Below are positions 1 through 26,250 of a stretch of DNA of 64,000 bases, one piece after another. The position numbers and the translations under genes are program-made. The notes below the pieces were generated by a model. That model saw nothing but the letters and a program-made list of their open reading frames with translations, was not told the DNA's origin and ran no database searches. Position 1 is the stretch's first letter, and each line of letters opens with the position of its first letter. Source of the DNA: the human T2T-CHM13v2.0 reference genome, Homo sapiens; the NCBI RefSeq assembly GCF_009914755.1, contig NC_060947.1. One strand, 5' to 3'.

Positions 1-261
1 AAGTCATTCACTGTAGACATTTTGTGAATTTCAGAAATAGCTGTAAGATTTGCCTCAAGGGCATAATGGAAATTTGCTGAGTACCTTTTAGAGTAGTTTT
101 CTATCATCTGGTTGCAGAAGTGAAAATGAGGTGAGATCGTTATCACAAGTCCAAGTTTGAATTTGAATTAAGTTTCCCCATCCCATCACTCAGGAACTGA
201 TATGGTTTTCTTTCTAGGTGTGTATATAGGGTGAAAACAGCAGGAAAGGGTGGAAAAATCA

Positions 262-1442
262 AATAAGAGTAATAAAAGAAATCCAAATAAAAAAAAGAAA
301 GTAAAATTATCTCTCTTCACTGACAATATAATTCTATACCTAGAAAACCCAAAATATTTTGCCAAACATTCCTATATCTTATGAATGACTTCACCAAATC
401 TCTGGGTATAAAATAAACATTAAAAAATCGGTAGCATTTTTCTATACCAATAACATTCAAGCTGGTTACCATATCAAGAATGTAATTCCATGTAAAATAC
501 CTAGGAATGCATCTGACCAAAGAGGTTAAACATCTGTATAGGAAGAACTATAAAACACAGCTGAAAGAAATCACACATGATACAAAGAAATGGAAAAGCA
601 TGTCAGGCTTATGGATTGGAAGAATCAATATCATGAAAATGTTCATATTACACAAAGCAAGCTACAAATTCAATATGAGTTCTATCAAATTATGTCAATT
701 ATTCACAAAATAAAAAAATCTAAAATTAATACAGAAGCAAAAACAAGCCTGAATAGCTTAGGCAATCATAAGCAAAAAGAGTAAAGCCAGAGGCATCAAC
801 TTCAAACTGTACTACAAGGGTACAGTAATATATATATATATATGTGTGTGTGTATATATATATGTGTGTGTGTATATATATATATGGACACAGAGGTCAA
901 TGGAAGGGAATTCATACCTCTGAAATAAAGTCATACACCCACAACCAACTGATCTTTGACAAAGTTGGCAAAAGTAAACAATGGGGAAAGAAAATCCTAT
1001 TCAATAAATGGTTCTGGGAAAAATGGCTAACCAAATGCAGAAGAATGAAACCGAATCCCTCCCTCTCACAATATACAAGAATTAACAAAAGATGAATTAA
1101 AGACTTAAATGTAAGTCTTCAATCTATAAAAATTCTAGAATAAAATATAGGAAATACTCTTCTAGACATTGGTCTAAGTAATGAATTTACAATGAAGACA
1201 ACAAAAGCAAATGCAGCTAAATAAAAAATACACAAACAGGACTTTATTAAACTAAAGAGCTTCTGCTCAGCAAAAGAAACAACTAATGTGATAAGCAAAA
1301 AACCTACAGATTAGGGGAATATATTTGCAAACTATGCATTTGACAAAAGACTAATATCCAGAATCTATAAGGAACTTAAATCAGAAAGAAAAAGCAAATA
1401 CCTCTTTTAAAAAGTGGGCAATGAAGATGAATAGAGACTTCT
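262..1442 (+). mobile_element. L1PB-like LINE-1, ORF2 3' part (host element, piece 1 of 3)
   Basis: Degenerate ORF2 peptides (e.g. LIFDKVGKSKQWGKKILFNKWFWE). The element resumes at ~4773-4802/5101-5241 and 14401-15085. Confidence 0.85.
828..886. repeat. (TA)n/(TG)n compound microsatellite
   Basis: Direct reading of the sequence. Confidence 0.95.
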
Positions 1443-1479
1443 TTTTCTCTCAGGTTCTCTGTAAACTTTATTAGATGCT

Positions 1480-2420
<941 letters not shown>

Positions 2421-2615
2421 TTCATAGACCTAAAGAGCACATTATGACTTTTTTAACTTTAAAAATGTTATGCGTGATAGCAATATAGGCCTTAAAGTGT
2501 AAGATTAAATATATAATAGTGCAAGGGCATATTAATCAAATAGTAAAAGCAGTGAAAATTACTAAAATGTTTGGAGTGCAAGGAACTTTTTTATGTACAT
2601 TATCTCATTTAAATC

Positions 2616-5100
<2,485 letters not shown>

Positions 5101-5629
5101 TAAAGAAGACATGTAAGTGGCCAAAAAACATGAAAAAATTCTTCACATCACTAATCATTAGAGACCTGCAAATAAAACCACAATTAGATACCATCTCACA
5201 ACAGTCAGAATGAGTAGTATTAAAAAATAAAAATAAAAAAAGTCACTGGCAAGACGGCTGAATAGGAATAGCTCTGGTCTGCAGCTCCCAGTGAGATCAA
5301 CACAGAAGGTGGGTGATTTCTGCATTTCCAACTGTGGTTCCCAGATCATCTCATTGGGACTGGTTGGACAGTGGGTGCAGCCCATGGTGGGTGAGCAGGG
5401 TGGGGTGTTGCCTCACCTGGGAAATGCAAGGAGTCAGGGGATCTAACTCCCCCAGCCAAGGGATGCCATGAGAGACTGTATTGGGAGGAACGGTGCACTC
5501 CCGCCCAGATACTGCATTTTTCCCATGGTCTTCACAACCAGCAGACCAGGAGATTCTCTCCGGTGCCTATGTCACAAGGGCCCTGGGTTCCAAGCACAAA
5601 ACTGGGCAGCCATTTGGGCAGACACTGAG

Positions 5630-5875
5630 CTAGCTGCATGAGTTTTGTTTTTCTTTTCTCCATACACCAGTGGCACCTGGAACACCAGTGAGAGAGAACC
5701 ATTCACTCCCCTGGAAAGGGGGCTGAAGCCAGGGAGCCAAGTGGTCTGGCTCAACAGGTCCCACCTCCACAGAGTCCAAGCTAAGATCCACTGGCTTGAA
5801 ATTCTTGCTGCTAGTACAGCAGTCTGAGGTCAATCTGGGATGCTGGAGCTTGGTGGGGGGAGGGCCATTTGCCAT
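5630..5875 (-). other. L1 ORF0 homolog (81 codons, open) in the L1PA7 5'UTR; expression unknown
   Basis: MANGPPPTKLQHPRLTSDCCTSS...DSVEVGPVEP aligns with the recalled L1HS ORF0 N-terminus MAGAPPPASLPPCSLISDCCASN...DSVGVGPSEP. Start context GCAATGG. Confidence 0.7.
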
Positions 5876-6655
5876 TGCTGAGGCTTGAGTAGGCAGTTTT
5901 ACCCTTACAGTGTAAACACAGCTGCCAGGAAGTTTGAAATTGGCAGAACCCACCACAGCTAAACAAGGCCATTGCAGCCAGACTGCCTCTCTAGAATCCT
6001 CCTCTCTGGGCAGGGAATCTCTGAAAAAAAGGCAGCAGCCCCAGTCAGGAACTTGCAGATAAACCCCCTATCTCCCTGAGACAGAGCACCTGGGAAAAGG
6101 GGCAGCTGTGGGCACACCTTTAGCAGACTTAAGTGTCCCTGCCTGATGTCTCTGAAGACAGCAGCGGATCTCCCAGCACAGTCTTTGAGCTCCAATAAGG
6201 GACAGACTGCCTCCTCAAGATGGTCCCTGACCTCATGCATCCTGGCTGGGAGACACCTCCCAGTAGGGGTGGACAAACACCTCATAGAGGAGAGCTCTGG
6301 CTGGCATCTGGCAGGTGCCCCTCTGGAATGAAACTTCCAGAGGAAGGAACAGGCAGTAATCTTTTCTGTTCTGCACCTCCCCTGGTGATACCCAGGCAAA
6401 CAGTCAGGAGTGGACCTGCAACAAACTCCAGCAGATCTGCAGCAGAGGTGCCTGACTATTAGAAGGAAAACTAACAAACAGAAAGGAATAGTATCAACGT
6501 CAAGAAAAAGGACATCTACTCAGAGACCCCATCCGAAGGTCATCAACATCAAAGACCAAAAGAATAGTATCAACATCAACAAAAAGTACATCCACACAGA
6601 AACCCTATCCTAAGGTCATCAACATCAAAGACCAAAGGTAGATAAATCCACAAAG

Positions 6656-7680
6656 ATGGGGAGAAACCAGCGCAAAAAGGCTGAAAATTCCAAAAACCAG
6701 AACTCCTCTTCTCCTCCAAAGGATCACAACTCCTCACCAGCAAGGGAACAAAACTGGACAGAGAATGAGTTTGAAGAATTGACAGAAGTAGGCTTCAGAA
6801 GGTGGGTAATAACAAACTCCTTCAAGCTAAAGGAGCATGTTCTAACCAAATGCAAGGAAGCTAAGAACCTTGAAAAAATGTTAGAGGAATTGCTAACTAG
6901 AATAACCAGTTTGGAGAAGAACATAAATGACCTGATGAAGTGAAAAACACAGCACGAGAACTTCATGAGTCATACACAAGTATCAATATACAAATCGACC
7001 AAGCAGAAGAAAGGATACTAGAGATTGAAGATTAACTCAATGAAATAAATCGAGAAGACAAGATTAGAAGAAAAAGAGTGAAAAGAAACATACAAAGCCT
7101 CCAAAAAATATGGAACTATGTGAAAAGATCAAATCTATGTTTGACTGGTGTACCTGAAAGTGATGGGGAGAATTGAACCAAGTTAGAAAACGCTCTTCAG
7201 GATATTATCCAAGAGAACTCCCCCAATTTATCAAGGCAGGCCAACATTCAAAATCAAGAAATATCAAGAACACCACAAAGATACTCCTCGAGAAGAGCAA
7301 CCCCAAGACATATAATCAACAGATTCACCAAGTCTGAAATGAAGGAATAAATTTTAAGAGCAGCCAGAGAGAAAGGTCGGGTTATCCACAAAGGGAAGCT
7401 CATCAGACTAACAGTGGATCTCTTGGCAGAAACCCTACAAGCCAGAAGAGAGTGGAGGCCAATATTTAACATTCTTGAGGAAAAGAATTTTCAACCCAGA
7501 ATTTCATGTCCAGACAAACTAAGCTTCATAAGTGAAGGAGAAATGAAATTATTTACAGACAGGCAAATGCTGAGGGATTTTGTTACCACCAGGCCTGCCT
7601 TAAAAGAGTGCCTGAAGGAAGCACTAAACATGAAAAGGAAAAACCAGTAGCAGCCACTGCAATAACATACCACAATAAAA
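6656..7680 (+). pseudogene. Disrupted L1 ORF1p
   Basis: ORF track 6656..6943 and 7414..7650 give ORF1p pieces; first in-frame stop at 6941-6943. Confidence 0.9.
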
Positions 7681-7742
7681 GACCAACAACACTGTGAAGA
7701 AACTGCATCAACTAATGTGCAAAATAACCAGCTAGCATCATG

Positions 7743-11530
<3,788 letters not shown>

Positions 11531-11534
11531 CATG

Positions 11535-11535
<1 letters not shown>

Positions 11536-11588
<53 letters not shown>

Positions 11589-11665
11589 GTATATATATGT
11601 ATATATATATTTATATTTATATATATATATATATATATTTATTTATATTTATATATTTATATATT
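11536..11665. repeat. (TA)n-rich repeat at the tail of the L1PA2
   Basis: About 20 pure TA units (11536-11576) followed by interrupted TA/TTTA units. Confidence 0.97.
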
Positions 11666-14165
<2,500 letters not shown>

Positions 14166-14400
14166 CATGTTCTTACTCATAAATGGGAGTTGAACAATGA
14201 GAACACATGGACACGGGGTGGGGGGCATCACACACCAGGTACTGTTGGGGAGTGGGGGGTGGGGGCTGGATAGCATCAGGAGAAATACCTAATGCAGATG
14301 ATGGGTTGATGGGTGCAGCAAACCACCATGGCACGTGTATACCTATGTCACAAACCTGCATGTTCTGCACAGGTACCCCAGGACTTAAATAAAAAATAAA

Positions 14401-15085
14401 AAGCAGGTGTTACCGAGGCTGCAAAAAAAAGGGGGGGTATATTTATATACTGTTGGTGGGAATGCAAATTAGTTCAGTCACTGTGGAAAGCAGTTTGTAG
14501 ATTTCTCAAAGAATTTAAAACAGAACTACCATTTAACCCAGCAATCCTCTTACTGTGTATATATCCAAAAGAAAATAAATCATTCTACCAAAAAGACATC
14601 TGCATTTGTATGTTCATTGCAGCCCTGTTCAAAATAGCAAAGACAGGGAATCAACCTAGGTGCCCATCAACTATCAACTGGATAAAGGAAATGTGTTACA
14701 TACACACCATGACGTGTTACACAGGCTTAAAAAAAGAATAAATTTATGTTTTTTTTTGCAGCGACATGGATGCAGCTGAAAGCAATTGTTATAAGCAAAT
14801 TAATGCAGGGATGGAAAAACAGATGCCACATGTTCTCTCTTATAAGTGGAAGCTAACAACCAGGTAAGTACGGTAACAAAGATGGGAATGGTAGACACTA
14901 GCGACTCTCAAAGAAGGGAAGGGGAAACAGACAGTGATTGAAAAACAACCTATCAAGTACTGTGTTCACCCCTTGGGAAATAAAATCATTAGAAGCCCAA
15001 ACCTCAGTATCACACCATATACTCATGTAACTAACCTGTGCATGTATTTCCTGAATCTAAAATTTGAAAAAATAAATAAATAAAA
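14401..15085 (+). mobile_element. L1PB-like 3' end (host element, last piece)
   Basis: 3'UTR agaagcccaaacctcagtatcacaccatatactcatgtaactaacctgtgcatgt...ctaaaat followed by an A-rich tail. Confidence 0.85.
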
Positions 15086-15089
15086 TATT

Positions 15090-15550
15090 TTAAAACTGTA
15101 TTTGTTTTAAATGTACAGTGTAATTTATATATATATATATACACATTGTGAATTTATAACCACAACCAAGCTAATTAACATATATATTATCTCAGTTACC
15201 TTTTTGTGATAAGGACATTTAAGATCTATTCTCAGCAAATTGAAGTATACCAAATAGTATTATCAACTACAGTTGCTATACTGTACATTACATCTACAAC
15301 TTATTCACTCTTCATATCTAAAACTCTGTACCCTTCTCCAACTTTTCCCCATTTTCCTAACCCTCAGCCCATGGAAGCTACCTTTCTACTGTTTCTGTGT
15401 GCTTGACTATTTTAGTTTCCCCATATAAATGAGATCATACAACATGTATCTTTCTGTTTCTGTCTTATATCACTTAACATAATGTCTTCCAGGTTTTTCC
15501 ACGTTGGTGAAAATGACATGACTTCTGTCTTTTGTAAGTCTGAATAATAT
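15090..15550 (-). mobile_element. L1MA8/9-like 3' end fragment
   Basis: acaaccaagctaattaacatat...gacatttaagatctattctcagcaaat motif. Confidence 0.75.
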
Positions 15551-19530
<3,980 letters not shown>

Positions 19531-20894
19531 GTATTTTATATGCTTTTAAATTTCAATTTCATTTATTTCTTCTCTGTTTCTTATTATTTTATTGTTTTTA
19601 CCTATTTTGGGTTTGGTTTGCCCCACTTTTCTAGTTCTTTAATATTCATTGTTAAGTTTTTTTATTTGAAGTTGTTTCTTTTTTGATGTATTTTCTTATA
19701 TTTATAAACTCCTTCTTTGTACCAATTTTGTTATTTTTTATAGGTTTTGGTATGTTGTGTTTTTACTATCATTTCTTTCAAGGAATTTTTTGATTGATTT
19801 CTAAATTTCTTTATTTATCTGCTGGTCATTCAGGATCGTATTGTTTAATTTTCGTGAATTTGTAGCGTTTCCACAATTCCGCTTTTTATTATTTTCTACT
19901 TTTTTTCCATTGTGGTCAGAGAAGATGCTTGATATAACTTCAATTTTTTAAATGTTTTATGAAGTATTTTGTGACCTAACATATGGTCTATCCTTGAGAA
20001 TACTCTATGTGCTGAAGAAAAAAAATGTGTATTCTTCAGCTGTTAGATAAAATGCTTTAAATATTTATGAGATCATATTAATCTATAGTGCAGATTAATT
20101 CTGACTTTTTTTGGTTGATTTTCTGCCTGGAATATCTGATCAAAGTTAAAAGTGGAGTGTTAAAATCTCCAGGTGTTATTGTATTGGGGTCTATCTCTCT
20201 TTTTAGGTGTAATAATATTTTCTTCATATGTGTGGGTGCTCCAGTGTTGGATGCATATGTATTTAAAATTGTTATGTCCTGTTGCCGTATACACCCCTTC
20301 ATCATTACATAGTGGCCTTCATTGTCTCTTCTTGTAATTTGTGTCTTAAAATCTATTTTTTCTGATATAATTATTGTGACTTTTGTTATATTTTGGTTTC
20401 CATTGGCATGGAATATCATTTTTATTCCTTTATTTTCAGTCTCTTTATGTCTTTACAGATGAAGTGTGTTTCTTGGTGGCTACAGATTAATGGGTCTTTT
20501 TTTTTATTCATTGAGCCAGTCTGTGTCTTTTAATTGAAGGGTTTAGTCCACTGACATTCAATGTTATTATTGATAAGTAAAGGCTTACTCCTGTCACCTT
20601 ATTGTTGTATGGTTGCTTTGTGGCCTACTCTTCTTTCTTTTCTTTCAGTTTTCCTCTAGTAAAGGTCATTTTTTTCCTAGTGATATCGTTTAGTTTCTTG
20701 CTTTTTATTGTGTGTCCCTTGTATGTTTTTTGGTTTGAGGCTACCATGAAACTTGCAAATATTCTCTTATAACTGTGTTTTAACCTTATAACAACTTAAA
20801 ACTATTTTCATAAACAAACAAGCAAAAAGATATCTAATAAAATAAACAGCCTTAATTTTGTTCCCCCACTTTTTAACATTTTGTTGTTTCTATT

Positions 20895-21407
20895 TGCCGA
20901 GACCAGCTAGGTTGGGGAGAACCTAACCCAGTGGCACTAGAGAAATTAAAGACACACACACACAAATATAGAGGTGTGCAGTGGGAAATCAGGAGTCTCA
21001 CAGCCTTCAGAGCTGAGAGCCTCAAAGGGAGATTTATCCAAGTATTTATTAACAGCAAGCCAGTGATAAGCATAGTTTCTATAGATTATAGCTTAACTGA
21101 AAGTATTCCTTATGGGAAACAAAGGGATGGGCGGAAATAAAGGGTTGGGTTTGGTTAGTTATCTGCAGCAGGAGCATGTCCTTAAGGCACAGATCACTCA
21201 TGCTATTGTTTGTGGTTTAAGAACGCCCTTAAGCGGTTTTCTGCCCTGGGTGGGCCAGGTGTTCCTTGCCCTCATTCTGGTAAACCCGCAACCTTGCAGC
21301 GTGGGCGTCATGGCCATCATGAACATGTCACAGTGCTGCAGAGATTTTGTTTGTGGCCAGTTTGGGGGCCAGTTTAGGGCCAGATTTTTGGGGGCCTGTT
21401 CCCAACA
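20895..21407 (-). mobile_element. MER9a-type solo LTR (HERV-K9/HML-3)
   Basis: TG...CA termini. Minus strand begins TGTTGGGAACAGGCCCCCAAAAATCTGGCC. Flanks CTATT/CTAGT resemble a short TSD. Confidence 0.88.
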
Positions 21408-21674
21408 CTAGTTATATCTTATTGTACTGACTATGACTTCAAAAGTTGTTGTAATTATTATTTTTGATTTTTTCATCAGTCTTTTTAGTTAGGGTAAGAG
21501 TAGTTTACACACTACAGTAACAGTGTTACAATATTCTGTGTTTTTCTGTTTACGTACTATTACCAGTAAGGTTTCATCTTTTGGGTGATTATTTTTTGCT
21601 CATTAACGTCCTTTTCTTTTTTTATTGAAGTACCCCCTTTAGCATTTTTTGTAGGATGGATCTGGTATTGATAA

Positions 21675-22078
<404 letters not shown>

Positions 22079-24827
22079 TCCTTCAGCACTTTAAATATGT
22101 CATTCTACTCTCCTAGTCTGTAAGGTTTCCACTGAAAAGGCTGTTGCCAACCTTATTGGAGCTCCATTGTATGTTACTTGTTTCTTTTCTCTTGTTGCTT
22201 TTAGGATCCTTTCTTTATACTTGATATTTGGGAGTTTGATTATTAAATGACTTGAGGTAGTCTTGTTTGGGTTATATCTGCTTGGTGTTCTAAAACCTCC
22301 TTGGACTTAGACATTAATATCTTTCTCCAGGTTTAGGTATTTCTCTTTTACTATATATTTGAATTAACTTTCTATCCCTATGTCTTTCTCTACCTACTTT
22401 TTAAGGTGAATAAGCTTTAAATTTGCCTTTTTGAGGTGATTTTCTATATCTTGTTTGTGCTTTATTGTTTTTCTATTCTTTTTTCTTTTATCTCTGACTG
22501 TGTATTTTCAAATAACCTGTTTTTTTAGCTCACTAATTCTTTCTTCTGCCTGATTCAATCTGCTATTAAATAACTCTGATGTATTCTTCTGTATGTTAAT
22601 TGCACCGTTCACCTCCAGAAATTCTGCTTGACTCTTTTTGATTATTTCAATCTTTTTCAATGTATCAGATATAATTCTGAATTCCTTCTCTCTGTTACCT
22701 TGAATTTCTTTGGGTTTCCTCAAAACAGCTATTTTGAATTCTCTTTCTGAATGGTCGCATATCTCTGTTTCCCCAGGATTGGATTTTTTTGTTCCTTATT
22801 TAGTTTACTTGGTGAGGTCATGTTTTCCAGGATGGTATTGATGTTTCTAGATGTTTTTCAGTGCCTGAGTATTGAAGATTTAGGTACTTTTTGTAGGCTT
22901 TATTGTCTGGGCTTATTTGTGGCTGTCTTCTTGGGAAGGCTTTTCTGATATTTAAAATGATTTCTGTTTTGTGATCTAAACTGTGTCTGCTTTAGGGGGC
23001 ACCCCAAGACCAGTAACACTGGTTTCTCGCAGACCCATAGAGATACTCTTTTGATGGCCTTGGACAAAATCTGTGAGAATTCTCTGGATTATTAGGAAGA
23101 GACTCTTGTTCTCTTACTTTTTCCTAAACAAATGAAGTCTTTTTTTCTGTGATGAACCACCTAAAGGTGGGGGTAGGGTGACACAAGCATTCCTTTGGTG
23201 ACCACCACTATGAATGTGCTGGGTCAGACATGAAGCCAGTATGGTGCTGGGTCTTTACCTAGGCCTGCTCTAACCACTCCCTGGCTACTGCCTATGTTCA
23301 CTTAAGTTGCTAGGGCTCTACAATCAGCAAAAGGCAATGCCAGTCAGTATTATGTTTTTCCTTTCAGGGTGACAAGGTCCACCAGGCCCTGGGTGGTTCC
23401 AGAAGTGCAATCAGGGAGTCAGTGACTAGAGTCAAAAACCTTAGAATTCTATCTGGTATCCTATTGTACTGTGGCTAAGCTGGCACTCAAACTACAAAAG
23501 GCAGTTCTTCCCACTCTTTCCTCTACTTTGCAAAATCAGAAGAGCCTCACCAAGTAGTCACCACCCCAGTCAATGAGGACTACTTCCAGACTACCACTGA
23601 TGTTCCCTTAATGCCCAAGATTTCTTAAGTCAACTTGAGTGACTGCTGCCTTATCTGGGACTCATACTTCAGGGCAGTGAGCAGCCCTCTAGCCCAGGGT
23701 AGGTCCAGAAATGCCATCCAAAAGTCAAGTTCTGGAATGGGGGAATGTAAGTTTCCACTTGGTGTTCTACCCCACTGTGACAGTGTTGGTACCTGAGGCC
23801 AGCAAGCCACAGAGGCTCACCAAGGCCAATGTTTTAGTACCTGGTTATTGCTGATGGTTATTCAGGGTCCAAAGTCTCTTCAGTTAGCAGATGATGAATG
23901 CTTCTATGATAGGGGCATTCCCTTCAAGGCAGCAGGTTTATTTATTGCCCACAGTGTGACTAGCAATGTCATCTGGGAGCTAGGGTCTGGTATGGGGTCC
24001 TCATTACTCTCAGCAGTGCCCTGTGGCTGAGCTGGTATCCTAGATGCAAGAAAAAGTTCTCCCCACTCTTCACTCTTCTCTCCTGAAACATAAGGAGGGG
24101 GTCAATTTTGGAGTGGAAAAAGGGGTCTCTTTTGGAGCCCTGAGCTGTAAAGCGGGAGTTAGAGGAGGGGTAATGCCAGTACTCCCTTGTCTGCCCCAGC
24201 TGGTGTCTCAGTATGTCATGTGTTGTCCGCATTCCACTGTGTCTGGGCCAATTTTAGTCCTAGGACTTGCCTAATACATGCAGTAGTCCTTATAGCCTAG
24301 AGTACCTTTCAAGTTTACTTAGTGACCAAGAGCACTTTGGCCCTCAGTGGTCAGTATGGCAGGCACTTGTGTTCAGATAGGTTGGATTGGTGATTCTCCT
24401 TTTGCTGGGGCTGATTTAAATGCTCTCTCTGTGGGCAGGCATCAGCTGAGTTTGGTCTGGCTTTTCTTTCTGCTCTAACAGAGCACCACGGAGTTCAGTG
24501 CCTCACAATTTCCAGGTTCTTCTTCCCCCACTGCCCAGAGATGCTTCCCCAACAGGTTACCACTTCTAGGTGTGGGGAAGGTGTGGCATCCACCATTGAG
24601 CACTGTTTTCTTTTTTTCTATCCCTTCAGTGCCTCTTTCAGCAATATAATGTTAAAACCAGGTATTATGAGTGCTCACCTGATTGTTTTGTTTTTATGAA
24701 GGATCTTTTCTTTTTTTTCTTTTTTTTTCTTTTTTTTTTTTTTCCTGCGTAGATAGTTGTTAACTTTGTGTCTTTGCGAGGGAACAATTGGTGGAGTTTT
24801 TTATTTCTCCATCCTGCTCTTCATCCT

Positions 24828-26175
24828 GTAGATGTCTATTGGTTGCATTTGGTCAAATATCACTTTCAAGTCCCAAATATATCTGTTTGTTTCCTGCCTC
24901 AATGATCTAATACTGTCAGTGGGGTGTTAAAGTCTCCCTCTATTATTTTTGGACATTTAAGTTTATTCCTAGGTATCTGAGAACTTCCATTCTGAATCTG
25001 AGTGCTCCTATGTTGTATGCATGCATATTTAAGAAAGTTAGGTCTTCTTGTCGAATTAACCCTTATATCATTATGTAATGCTCTTCTCTTTCTTGTTTTT
25101 GTTGGTTTATCACCTGCTTTGTCTGAAATTATAACAACCTATGTCTTTTTCTGTTTTCACTTGTTTGGTATTGATCTCCATTTATTTACTTTAAGCCTAT
25201 GTGTGACATTGCATGTGAGATGAGTCTTATGAAGAAAGCATAACTTTGGGTCTTGCTTCTCTATACAATTTACCACTCTAAGCATTTTAATTAGGGCATG
25301 TAGCCCATTTACATTCAAGGTTAGTATTGATATGTGCACATTTGATCCTGTCATTGTATTTTTAGCCAGTTTCTATGCAGATTTGATTGTGTGGTTGCTT
25401 CACGGTATCAATGTTTTACGTACATAATTGTGTTTTTGTAGTGTCAGGTAATGATCTTTTCATAAATAGAACTCCTTTAAGGGCCTCTTATAGGGCAGTT
25501 TTCCTGGTAACAAATTCCCTGAGCACTTCCTGGTCTGAAAAGACTCTGATCTCTTCTTTACTTATGAAGCTTAGTTTGGCTGGATATAAAATTCTTGGTT
25601 GTATTTTTTTGTTGTTGTTGTTATTAATGCTGAATATATACCCCCAACCTTTTCTGGCTTGTAAGATTTCTGCTGAAAATTCCACTGTTAGCCTGATGGG
25701 TTTTCTTTTGTAGGTAACCTGACCCTTCTCTCTAGCTGCCTTTAACATTTTTTTCTTTCATTTCCACTTTGGGGAATCTGATGACTATTTGTCTTGGGGA
25801 TGTTCTTCTTGTGGAGTATTTCACTGGGGCAATCTGTATTTTTCTAAATTTAAATGTTGGCCTTTTTAGTGAGGATAGAAAACTTTCCATGGATGATATT
25901 CTCAAATATGTTTTCCAAGTTGTTTGATTTCTCTCCCTGTTTTTCTGGAATGCCAATTTTCATAGAGTTGGTCTCTTTACATAATTCCATATTTCTCAGA
26001 AGTTTTGTTCATTCTTGTTTGTTGTTTTTCTTTACTTTTGCCTAAGTTATTTCAGAAAAACTGTCTTGGAAATCTCAGATTCTTTCTTCAGATTTGTTGA
26101 TTCTGCTGTTAGGACTTGGGTTGTGTTCTAAAATTCCTGAAGTGAGTTTTTCAATTCTATCAGTTCCATTTTATT
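24828..26175 (-). mobile_element. Older primate L1 fragment (ORF1 and ORF2 start)
   Basis: ORF track 25157..25354 MTGSNVHISILTLNVNGL and 25488..25748 ORF1 C-terminus. Confidence 0.85.
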
Positions 26176-26250
26176 CTTCTTCTTTTTTTAATTTTATTGT
26201 TTTAATGGGCACATAAGAATTGTAAATATTTATGTGGTACATTGTGACTT

